This document shows positions 30,668-39,266 of a DNA stretch of 64,000 bases, in pieces. A program made the translations under genes and the position numbers. Numbering within the stretch: the first letter of the stretch is position 1; each line of letters begins with the position of its first letter. Below the pieces are notes generated by a model. It saw nothing but the letters and a program-made list of their open reading frames with translations. It had not been told where the DNA came from and searched no databases. Source of the DNA: an uncultured Methanolobus sp. (lineage in GTDB: Archaea; Halobacteriota; Methanosarcinia; Methanosarcinales; Methanosarcinaceae). The stretch lies in assembly GCA_963675495.1 (NCBI GenBank), contig OY776215.1:2016001-2080000 (forward strand). Direction: 5' to 3'.

Positions 30668-32104
30668 TTACATTCGTTTCCACCGGATGCCATCTTTCCT
30701 ATCCTCGATCACAATCCCCTTTTCTTTAAGTTCATCCCGGATTGCATCGGATTTTCCCCAGTCTTTCTCCTCACGCGCCTTTTCCCGGAGTCCTATCATT
30801 TCCATAATCTCTTCCTCTGACAGACCATTTGCAATATCTTTGGAAGCTGGTTTTTCATCCTCTGTAAATATTCCAAGCACTTCGTTGATCTCTGAATAGA
30901 ATTCCAGTATTTCTTCAAGTGATAAGCGGCCTGGTTTTTCACTGGAAATAATAGAATTGATCTTACGGGAGAATACAAAAATATTTCCAATTGCTTCTCT
31001 TGTGTTGAAATCATCATCCATGGAATTGATGAATGCATCCCTGGTTTTGCCTATTAGTTCTGAAAGGCCGTTATCATTTCCATCTTCATGGGCTTCTTTT
31101 AGGGCATGTTTTACGTTTGAGATCGTATTTAGTAACCTCTTTCTTGCCCTGCCAGCTTCTTCCAGGTTCTCCTCGCTGAAATCGATAGTACTCCTGTATT
31201 GTGTATAGGCTATGAAGAACCTTATAGTTCCGGGGGAGAATTTGCTAAGCACTTCTTTAATTGTGAAGAAATTACCAAGGGATTTCGACATTTTTTCTTT
31301 ATGGATGGTCAGAAACCCATTATGCAACCAGTACTTGCTGAATGGGTGCTTTGCGCTGCAGCTTTCAGACTGATGTATCTCTGCTTCATGATGCGGGAAA
31401 ATGAGGTCCATGCCTCCTCCGTGTATATCCAGTTGATCTGAACCGTATTTCATGGACATAACGGAACACTCGATGTGCCATCCCGGACGCCCCCATCCCC
31501 ATGGGCTTTCCCATCCAACTTCATTTTCAGAGACCGATTTCCAGAGTACAAAATCAAGCTGATACTTTTTATCGTCTTCTACATCAACCCTGTTCCCTGA
31601 GCCTTCTATAAGTCCTTCCACGGTCTGATGGCTCAGTATACCTATCTTGTCTTCAGATCTTGTCAGATTATAGTATACATTGCTTTTATGGGTTACGTAA
31701 GCTGTACCGTTTTCTATTAATGTTCCCACGGTTTCGATGATTTCTGGAATGTGTTCTGTGACTTTTGGCTGAGTGTCAGGAGCCAGCACTGAGAGAGTTT
31801 CCATGTCCTCTATGAAGGATTCAGTGAACTTGCGGGACAGGGCAAAGGCATCTTCTCCTGTTTCTCTTGCCCTGTTTATCAATTTATCATCGACATCTGT
31901 TATGTTGGAGATGTAATTGACAATGTATCCTCTGTAAATAAGGTATTTTCTTATAACATCAAAAGAAACGTAACTTCTTGCATGTCCTAGGTGGCAGTGG
32001 TCATATACTGTGGGGCCGCAAACATACATATTCACTTTTTTTCCGCGAAGGGGGATAAATTCCTCCAGACTTCTTGTCAAAGTATTGTATACTTTCAGTG
32101 TCAC
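30668..32104 (-). CDS. cysS: Cysteine--tRNA ligase
   Basis: CGPTVY, HLGH, PGWHIECS, HGGG.DL.FPHHE, KMSKS. Confidence 0.97.
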   Translation of the reverse strand: MTLKVYNTLTRSLEEFIPLRGKKVNMYVCGPTVYDHCHLGHARSYVSFDVIRKYLIYRGYIVNYISNITDVDDKLINRARETGEDAFALSRKFTESFIEDMETLSVLAPDTQPKVTEHIPEIIETVGTLIENGTAYVTHKSNVYYNLTRSEDKIGILSHQTVEGLIEGSGNRVDVEDDKKYQLDFVLWKSVSENEVGWESPWGWGRPGWHIECSVMSMKYGSDQLDIHGGGMDLIFPHHEAEIHQSESCSAKHPFSKYWLHNGFLTIHKEKMSKSLGNFFTIKEVLSKFSPGTIRFFIAYTQYRSTIDFSEENLEEAGRARKRLLNTISNVKHALKEAHEDGNDNGLSELIGKTRDAFINSMDDDFNTREAIGNIFVFSRKINSIISSEKPGRLSLEEILEFYSEINEVLGIFTEDEKPASKDIANGLSEEEIMEMIGLREKAREEKDWGKSDAIRDELKEKGIVIEDRKDGIRWKRM

Positions 32105-32128
32105 AGTAAAACTCCTTTATAAATGGGA

Positions 32129-32201
32129 TGCCGAGGGAGAGAATCGAACTCCCGAAAAACCGCTTTGCAGGCGGTCACATTAGCCACTCTGTCACCTCGG
32201 C
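32129..32201 (-). tRNA. tRNA-Cys(GCA), atypical
   Basis: Acceptor GCCGAGG/CCTCGGC, anticodon arm ACCGC-CTGCAAA-GCGGT, T arm GGGAG-TTCGATT-CTCTC. Confidence 0.92.
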
Positions 32202-32291
32202 ATAAAGGCGCAAAAAATCATTACAATTTATTATAGTCAGTTCACTCTATTTATCCGTTATTATTAATATAGGGTCAAGGGACAAGTTTGT

Positions 32292-32852
32292 TCAATCAAA
32301 TAAATAATTACTCCAGTCCACAGACCCCGGTCTGTAAGCCTGTTCGAGTTCTTCTGTTTCTCCTCTCTTAAGTCCCTTTATTATTTTCCCGATATCCTTG
32401 AAGGTTCCATCCACAGTTCCTCCTGTCGTATCAAGTTCAAAGACCTTCTCGCACCAGTCCACCGCTTCCGCCAGGATGATGTCCAAGGCTTCTGCTTCGA
32501 GGTTTTCCCGTACTTTTTCAACTGAATACTTCCTTTTTTCCAGTCTTCCTTTCAGTTTTGCAGGCGATGTCCTCAGTACAATAACGATATCAGCAATATG
32601 GTGCGAAAGATGGCTGTCAACTATGGTGACAGAATATGATTTATCCTGCAGTTCCAGAACCCTTTTATATACCATATCCATGTCAGCAACGACACAGTCC
32701 CTTTCAGTATCCACTTCGCAGTAGAGCTTCTCTTCTTTTATGAGCTCGTTAAGGTGGATTACCTGATATAACGGGTCATTTTCCATTAACCTTGTAACAG
32801 ATGTCTTTCCTGTTCCCGGTGTTCCTGTGATACCGATAAGCATGATTACCAA
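32292..32852 (-). CDS. Adenylate kinase, AK6/Fap7 family
   Basis: ITGTPGTGKT, DSHLSH, KVRENLEAE. Confidence 0.92.
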   Translation of the reverse strand: MVIMLIGITGTPGTGKTSVTRLMENDPLYQVIHLNELIKEEKLYCEVDTERDCVVADMDMVYKRVLELQDKSYSVTIVDSHLSHHIADIVIVLRTSPAKLKGRLEKRKYSVEKVRENLEAEALDIILAEAVDWCEKVFELDTTGGTVDGTFKDIGKIIKGLKRGETEELEQAYRPGSVDWSNYLFD

Positions 32853-32867
32853 TAAGCCTGCAAACGC

Positions 32868-33458
32868 TTAATCCTTGTGCATACCCTCGATTACCCTGAG
32901 GAAGTTTCTGATGATCTTCACTCCTTCATCGGTAAGGATGGATTCCGGATGGAACTGCACTCCATAGATGGGATATTCCTTATGCTCAACGGCCATGATG
33001 ATGTCATCATCTGTCTTCGCGGTAACTTTCAGGTCATCGGCCAGTTCCTTTATGGCAAGGGAATGATATCTTCCGCCCTTGAAACCACCTTTTAGGTTAG
33101 CAAAGAGCGTCGAATTGTCATGGCTTATATCGGACGTTTTACCATGTATCGGTCCTCCAATTGCATGGTCGATGGTCCCTCCAAATGCAGTATTTATGGC
33201 CTGGTGTCCAAAACATACTCCAAGTATGGGAATCTCTGATCCAAATTCTCTGATAATGTCAATACATGTTCCGACATCTTCTGGTTTGTGAGGTGTGCCG
33301 GGTCCAGGTGAAATGATTATCCCATCTGGCTTCATGTCCTTAACCTCTTCAATGGTAATAGTGTTGGTAACGACCACAGTGTCAGGTTCAAATATAGAAA
33401 CAAAGTCCACAAGGTTCCATACGAAGGAGTCTTTATTGTCGATGAACAATATTTTCAT
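32868..33458 (-). CDS. trpG: Anthranilate synthase component II
   Basis: IDN.DSF, SPGPG, GVCFGHQ, RYHSL, QFHPES. Confidence 0.93.
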   Translation of the reverse strand: MKILFIDNKDSFVWNLVDFVSIFEPDTVVVTNTITIEEVKDMKPDGIIISPGPGTPHKPEDVGTCIDIIREFGSEIPILGVCFGHQAINTAFGGTIDHAIGGPIHGKTSDISHDNSTLFANLKGGFKGGRYHSLAIKELADDLKVTAKTDDDIIMAVEHKEYPIYGVQFHPESILTDEGVKIIRNFLRVIEGMHKD

Positions 33459-35026
33459 TATTGACCTCCTATCGCTTTTATCATTGCAGCCATTTTTCTT
33501 TCCGTTTCATTGTATTCGTATGTCGGGTCCGAGTCAGCCACGATGCCAGCTCCTGCCTGTACATAGGCTGTGTTGTTCTTTATCATCACAGTACGTATGA
33601 CAATTGCAAAATCAGCGTCGCCATTCCATGAATAATATCCTACGCCACCGCCGTATATTCCCCTTGATTCAGGTTCAAGGTCATCTATTATTTCCATTGC
33701 CCTTATCTTCGGTGCACCGGATAATGTTCCGGCAGGGAATATCGCCCTTGTGGCATCGAACTGGTCACATTCGTCCCTTAGATCACCGCTTACAGTGCTC
33801 TCTATATGTTGCAGATGTGAGTATTTCACAACACTCATAAGGTCGTCGACTTTAACAGTTCCACCTTTAGAGACCATCCTGACATCATTGCGTCCAAGAT
33901 CAACGAGCATTACATGTTCAGCACATTCTTTCTTATCTTCCAGCATTTCAGAGGCAAGTTGTTTATCCTCTTTATCATCCTTTCCTCGTGGACATGTACC
34001 CGCTATAGGATTTGTTATTACTTTCCTGTCGTAAACTGTCATAAGGGTTTCAGGACTTGCACCCACGATGCCAATGTCCTTGAAGTTGAAGATATACATG
34101 TAAGGACTTGGATTGATGTTCCTGAGCCTGATGTAGAGTTGCAGGGGTGTTTGCTTCATTTTGACAGTGTATCTTCGGGAGATCACTACCTGGAAAATAT
34201 CACCATCAATGATGTGCTGTTTTGCCTTTAGCACTGCATCCTCATAAGCTGCCTGATCAGTATTTGCAACAGGTTTTTCAGAATCGACCGCAGGAATATC
34301 TTCACTGATTCCTATGACGGATGCCATCTGCAGTGACCTTTCCATCAACAGTGCCTCGGAATACGCATGCTCGTAAACAGCATCCAGGTCACTTGTCTCT
34401 GTCACGAAAGGTGTGATCACTATATAGGTTTCGTTGGTTATGTGATCAAAGACAAAGGTCTTTGACATAATGGCAAAATGCATGTCCGGTGTGTCAGCAT
34501 CGGGCTTTTTGTCGATGTCTAACCAGGAATCATAAACAAGGTCGTAACTGTTGTAACCGATAGCTCCACCCAGGAAGGTCTGCCTGTCAAAACGCTTCTG
34601 ATTCAGGAGTGTTGTATCGGTACTTGTGGGGTATATTTTTCTAAATGCTGCAAGGGCATCATCGCCTTCGCTGATCTTTACCCTGAACTTGCCGCCAATA
34701 AGGGATTCAATGTTTCCCATGGACTTGAGTTTGTTGTAGATATGTTTTGTAAGCTCAGAGTTCATCTGGCATTCGATGGTCAGGTAGTTGTCCTTTATTG
34801 ATACTACCATCTCCGGTTCATAACCTACAAATGAATATCTGGCGTGTCTTTTTTCTTTCTCTACAGATTCAAGCAGATAGGAATGACTTGCATTCTGCAA
34901 AGTTGCGTACAACTGCAGGGGCGTACATATGCTATCCACTTTTGTCATAAGCTGCACGATTGCGGGCTTCTGTGAATTTTTAACAAGGGATGTAAAATCA
35001 TCTTTAGTAAGATCAAAATCAACCAT
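33458..35026 (-). CDS. trpE: Anthranilate synthase component I
   Basis: LLES, NPSPYM, GASPE, PIAGT, EHVMLVDLGRND, GTLSGAPK. Confidence 0.95.
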   Translation of the reverse strand: MVDFDLTKDDFTSLVKNSQKPAIVQLMTKVDSICTPLQLYATLQNASHSYLLESVEKEKRHARYSFVGYEPEMVVSIKDNYLTIECQMNSELTKHIYNKLKSMGNIESLIGGKFRVKISEGDDALAAFRKIYPTSTDTTLLNQKRFDRQTFLGGAIGYNSYDLVYDSWLDIDKKPDADTPDMHFAIMSKTFVFDHITNETYIVITPFVTETSDLDAVYEHAYSEALLMERSLQMASVIGISEDIPAVDSEKPVANTDQAAYEDAVLKAKQHIIDGDIFQVVISRRYTVKMKQTPLQLYIRLRNINPSPYMYIFNFKDIGIVGASPETLMTVYDRKVITNPIAGTCPRGKDDKEDKQLASEMLEDKKECAEHVMLVDLGRNDVRMVSKGGTVKVDDLMSVVKYSHLQHIESTVSGDLRDECDQFDATRAIFPAGTLSGAPKIRAMEIIDDLEPESRGIYGGGVGYYSWNGDADFAIVIRTVMIKNNTAYVQAGAGIVADSDPTYEYNETERKMAAMIKAIGGQ

Positions 35027-35696
35027 TGATACACCTGGCCTCTTCTATAAACCTGCATATCTTTGCAGGATCTTTTGTTCTATTTGTCTCTACACCTGAG
35101 GCAGTGTCCACGGCAAATGGCCTGACCTCTTTTACGGCATCCCGTACATTTTTGGGATTAAGCCCGCCGGCAAGTATTACCGGGATATTTGTATTTTCCA
35201 CTACCTGTCTGCTTATTGACCAGTCATGCACCGCACCTGTGCCTCCACTAGCTCCTGCTTTGCCCGAATCCAGAAGTATGCCGTCTATCAGGTCAGTGTC
35301 AACTAGTGCATCAAGTTCAGACATAATCTCTGCAGGCAGTTCTTTGCTTTCAACAGGTATGGTAAATGTCCTTATGACCTTCTGGTGTGTGCCGTTACGT
35401 ATAATTTCTATTTCTTCAGGGCTGAGCTCATTGTGAAGCTGTACAACATCAGGTTTTACCTTTTCTATAAGTTCCAGTGCCTGTTGTCCGTCAGATGGCA
35501 TTATCACAAGTACCGAGTCCACGAAGAAAGGTACTGTTTTTACAAGCTTTGCTGCTGTTTGTGCATCCAGTTTCCTGTGTGTGTTCACAGGAACCTCTGT
35601 GATAAAACCAACAGCATCAGCTCCATAGCTTACTGCCAGTTCTATGTCTTCAGCAGACTGCATTCCGCATATCTTTACTCTTGGAAGCTGCTTCAT
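35019..35696 (-). CDS. trpF: Phosphoribosylanthranilate isomerase
   Basis: VKICG, VQLH, GGTG..HDW, LAGGL, VDTASGVE; start 35696 inferred. Confidence 0.94.
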   Translation of the reverse strand: MKQLPRVKICGMQSAEDIELAVSYGADAVGFITEVPVNTHRKLDAQTAAKLVKTVPFFVDSVLVIMPSDGQQALELIEKVKPDVVQLHNELSPEEIEIIRNGTHQKVIRTFTIPVESKELPAEIMSELDALVDTDLIDGILLDSGKAGASGGTGAVHDWSISRQVVENTNIPVILAGGLNPKNVRDAVKEVRPFAVDTASGVETNRTKDPAKICRFIEEARCING

Positions 35697-36711
35697 GTAT
35701 AACCTCATGGACGTTGCCGTTATCACTGAATTCCAGTAGTTTTTCCATGGCTTTACCACTGTCAAGTATATCTTCGATCATTGGAATGGCTTCCTTTACA
35801 GAGCCAGCTTTGCCAGCAACATAAAGGGCTGCAGCGGAGTTGACTACTATGATATCCCTCTTAGGTCCTTTTTCACCTTTGAGAATGTATATTATGTCAA
35901 GTGCATTCTCTTTCGGTGTGCCGCCTACAATATCAGTTGCTTTTGCTCTATTGATTCCCAGTTCTTCAGGAGTGAGCGTATAGGTGCTTATTTTTCCGTC
36001 CTTAAGTTCGGCAACATATGTTTCGGATATATTTGATATCTCATCCATGCCGTCACCGTGGACTACCATTGCCCTTTCAACACCGAGCTTTTTCATTACC
36101 TGAGCAAATGGTTCGCATAACTTCTTGTCAAAAACACCAACAAGCTGAGTTTTTGCATTTGCAGGGTTTGTAAGAGGTCCAAGCATATTAAAAACGGTTC
36201 TGACCCCCATTTCCTGTCTTATGTGTCCGACCCTTTTCATAGCAGGGTGAAATATAGGTGCAAACATGAACCCGATGCCATCTTTTTCGATCGATGCTTT
36301 TACTTGTTCAGGTGATTTGTCCACCTTTATGCCAAGTTCCTTCAGCACATCAGCACTTCCTGAAAGAGAAGTTATGGAACGGTTGCCGTGTTTTGCAACA
36401 GCTACACCGGCTGCTGCAGTTACGATGGCTGCTGCGGTTGAAACATTAATAGTATTGTGCCTGTCACCACCGGTGCCTACGACATCAACAAGCACACCGT
36501 CAACCTCCGGCGCAATTGTATTTGCGGCTTTTTTCATCCCGGTAGCAAAACCTGCAATTTCTTCCGCAGTCTCCCCTTTCATTTTCAGGGCTATGAGCAG
36601 GCCGGCAATTTGTGCATCAGTGGCCTCTGTAAATATCTGTGTGATGGCGTCCTCTGCTTCCTGTATTGTGAGGTTCTGCTTTTCACTTATTTTCTTTATG
36701 TATTCCTTCAT
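35650..36711 (-). CDS. trpD: Anthranilate phosphoribosyltransferase
   Basis: GTGGD, NVST, KHGNRS, GSAD, FHPAM, GPLTNP, GMDE. Confidence 0.96.
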   Translation of the reverse strand: MKEYIKKISEKQNLTIQEAEDAITQIFTEATDAQIAGLLIALKMKGETAEEIAGFATGMKKAANTIAPEVDGVLVDVVGTGGDRHNTINVSTAAAIVTAAAGVAVAKHGNRSITSLSGSADVLKELGIKVDKSPEQVKASIEKDGIGFMFAPIFHPAMKRVGHIRQEMGVRTVFNMLGPLTNPANAKTQLVGVFDKKLCEPFAQVMKKLGVERAMVVHGDGMDEISNISETYVAELKDGKISTYTLTPEELGINRAKATDIVGGTPKENALDIIYILKGEKGPKRDIIVVNSAAALYVAGKAGSVKEAIPMIEDILDSGKAMEKLLEFSDNGNVHEVIHEAASKSKDMRNAVC

Positions 36712-36734
36712 GTGAGCACCTTTAAACACATTAA

Positions 36735-36750
36735 TGTATATATTTGTACA
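36735..36750. promoter_or_regulatory. Tandem TRP-box-like operator (TrpY type)
   Basis: TGTATA-N4-TGTACA between a TATA-like element (about 36774-36781) and the trpD start. Confidence 0.5.
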
Positions 36751-37127
36751 ATATTGGTTAAAGATGACTAATTATATTTAATACTTATGGCTTTGTCGGC
36801 TTTGCCCATAAAATGGATTCATTTGATTTTTTTTGTGCAGTCTATTGGCTTTACTTGATTTCTTCACTTCATTACTCGAGACTCTCGCCATATTTTTTTC
36901 AGGACTTGGAACATCGTTTCAACAAAATCAAATCACTAACAAATCATTTCTTCATTTTTTTATCAGGTATTGAAGAAATTCATTTTGTAGGGACGTCTTC
37001 TTCCAATGCATCTTTTTTATTTTATCTCGTTTACTATTGAAAAAATAAGGTATAGTTAAATATAAATACATAATGTTGGGTATATCTAACATATAGTTCG
37101 AATTAGACATCTTAAAGGGAGTACACA

Positions 37128-37691
37128 ATGGACGCAGATATATTCGAGTATATGCCAGCAATTATTGGAGCTTCAATAGGAATTATGATTTTCTCCATAT
37201 ACAACATCTGGCGTAAGAGAACTGGATATTATGAGTATGGTGGCAAAAAAAAGACAGAAAAAGTGGCAGAAATAATCGTAATATGTACGATTATTGTGTT
37301 AGTAGCGTTATCTGGTTTGATTTTCTGGGATGTAATCATCCATGGAGAACCTTTCGGTTTTTTCAAATCAGAAACACGTGAAGTGTTGGCCATATTGTTT
37401 CCGGTTTTGCTGATTATTGGAGCTTCAATAGGAACTTTAATTTCCACCATTTATGATATAAGGGACAAAAAAACAGAAGAACCTGAACATGATGAAAGGA
37501 CAGAAAAAGTGGCAGGAAAAGCAGCAAGAAGTACTATTGTAGTGCTAATGGCAGCATGTGCTGTAATTCTCTGGGGGGATATTTTTGGTTTATTCAAATT
37601 CGGAGCACGTGAAACACTTGCAATACTGTTTCCTGTGCTGCTATTTTCAATGTTGGCGTTTGTTAACTACTACAATTCAAAAGAAATTTAA
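37128..37691 (+). CDS. DUF2178-like membrane protein with internal duplication
   Basis: DERTEKVAGKAA motif; two homologous halves. Confidence 0.75.
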   Translation: MDADIFEYMPAIIGASIGIMIFSIYNIWRKRTGYYEYGGKKKTEKVAEIIVICTIIVLVALSGLIFWDVIIHGEPFGFFKSETREVLAILFPVLLIIGASIGTLISTIYDIRDKKTEEPEHDERTEKVAGKAARSTIVVLMAACAVILWGDIFGLFKFGARETLAILFPVLLFSMLAFVNYYNSKEI

Positions 37692-37703
37692 GAAGGAATT
37701 CGC

Positions 37704-38096
37704 ATGAAAATAGAAAAAGACAAACACACGATGCAGTTTTTAGCTACAATTGTGGGAATGCTGCTGTTGGGTCTGGTTTTGTGGCAATTCCAGTTATATG
37801 GGGGTAGCGCAGCACTCATTATTATGGGCACAATGCTTACGATAATATTCCTGTACACTGCTACAAAGCCTCGTGAACACTTTATTCGTGATGAAAGGAC
37901 TGTAAGAATTAATGAAAAGGCAGGATACCATGCTTTTTTGATAGTATTAATATTTATTGCAATTTTGACAGTGATAAGCTGGCACACCGAATTACTTTAC
38001 AAGGATGTTAATGGACCCCTGACTATCATTGCGATATGGCCGTGGCTTATCCTCAGATGGTATTATGATAAAAAGGGGTATGATTCGGACACATGA
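37704..38096 (+). CDS. DUF2178-like membrane protein
   Basis: [16 protein letters not shown], four hydrophobic segments, YYDKKG end. Confidence 0.75.
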   Translation: MKIEKDKHTMQFLATIVGMLLLGLVLWQFQLYGGSAALIIMGTMLTIIFLYTATKPREHFIRDERTVRINEKAGYHAFLIVLIFIAILTVISWHTELLYKDVNGPLTIIAIWPWLILRWYYDKKGYDSDT

Positions 38097-38290
38097 AAAC
38101 CAGGATCAAAGAACTCCGAGCCAGATATAATCTTACTCAGGAAGAGCTTGCGAAAAGGGTTGGAGTGAGGAGAGAAACTATCTTGTTTCTGGAAAAGGGC
38201 AAGTATAATCCTTCTCTGAAATTAGCTTATACCATTGCAAAGGTTTTTGATTCAAAAATAGAGGATGTATTTATTTTTAATGAAGAATGA
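38093..38290 (+). CDS. XRE/Cro-family HTH regulator
   Basis: [29 protein letters not shown]. Confidence 0.92.
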   Translation: MKTRIKELRARYNLTQEELAKRVGVRRETILFLEKGKYNPSLKLAYTIAKVFDSKIEDVFIFNEE

Positions 38291-38477
38291 GTTCTGTAGA
38301 CGGCTTCAAATGAACTAAAAACAGAATCAATTAATTATCTGTTTATCTTAGTTGATGATTTCTAGCTAACTAAAAAAGGACACAGTTAAATGAAACTAGG
38401 AAATAACAAACTTGAAAAAGAATAGAAAATAGAATTGGCAGCAAAATAGCAACGAATATAGAATGACTTCAAAAGTA

Positions 38478-38783
38478 TCAGGACAATTTTCCGCAAATTG
38501 CCCTGCCTTTTTCTGTCATCCTGTATGATTTTATTTTGCTGTTCCCTGAAGATAGCTCAGGACCGGCACAGAGCTTTGAACACCCTGTGCAGTTCCCGGC
38601 GCAGCTAACCTCACCTTCAGTTGTACACTCTATGTCGCCTTTTTTTTCCATGATGTTCAGGAGGTCCCTGAACTCATCCTGCCGGAGCTTGAGCTGAACA
38701 GCAATGGTGCTGATGGTGAGATTCTCTTTGGAGTCCATCATTGCAGCTATTCTTTTCAGGAAAAAATTGTAACCGACTACCAT
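38478..38783 (-). CDS. FeoC-like winged-helix protein
   Basis: wHTH plus CAGNCTGCSKLC; last gene of feo operon. Confidence 0.75.
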   Translation of the reverse strand: MVVGYNFFLKRIAAMMDSKENLTISTIAVQLKLRQDEFRDLLNIMEKKGDIECTTEGEVSCAGNCTGCSKLCAGPELSSGNSKIKSYRMTEKGRAICGKLS

Positions 38784-39244
38784 TATGCTCCCTCCCTGAA
38801 TACAAGTACTTCATTCAAGGAGAATCTGTCTTTCCAGTGTAGTATTCCTGCAAGTGAAAGTAGTCCAAGGTAGATTCCCGGTCTGAAAGTCTCCATTATA
38901 CTCCATCCTTCGTAGTCATCGGGGACTATAATGGAATCAAGCAGAGTGCCGCCCATTATCAACAGGTATGCTCCCATGAATACAAGGGACATCAATATAC
39001 CTACATAAACGAAGGAGACACCTGCGTTTATTCCCTGTTTCATTTCCTCTAGGCCGTAAAGGAATACTGCTCCTATGACTACAAGACAGAATCCGCCGAG
39101 AATGTCGCCCGAAATGAATAGTTGACTTGCTGTTCCGGTATTTATCCCAAGTCCTTCTGCAATGTGAAATAATCCAAAAATGGTGTACAGGACTCCTGCA
39201 AGTGCTGCAAATATTATTTCTTTATTTCCATGATCTTGTTTCAT
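38783..39244 (-). CDS. Hypothetical membrane protein in feo operon
   Basis: Four hydrophobic segments; stop abuts the feoC start. Confidence 0.75.
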   Translation of the reverse strand: MKQDHGNKEIIFAALAGVLYTIFGLFHIAEGLGINTGTASQLFISGDILGGFCLVVIGAVFLYGLEEMKQGINAGVSFVYVGILMSLVFMGAYLLIMGGTLLDSIIVPDDYEGWSIMETFRPGIYLGLLSLAGILHWKDRFSLNEVLVFREGA

Positions 39245-39266
39245 TTATATCACTCTCCTATGTGGA

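Noticed and set aside
35650-35696. 47-nt trpD/trpF overlap as programmed frameshift or fusion
   Set aside because: Both enzymes are complete and trpF has its own GAGGT site before its ATG
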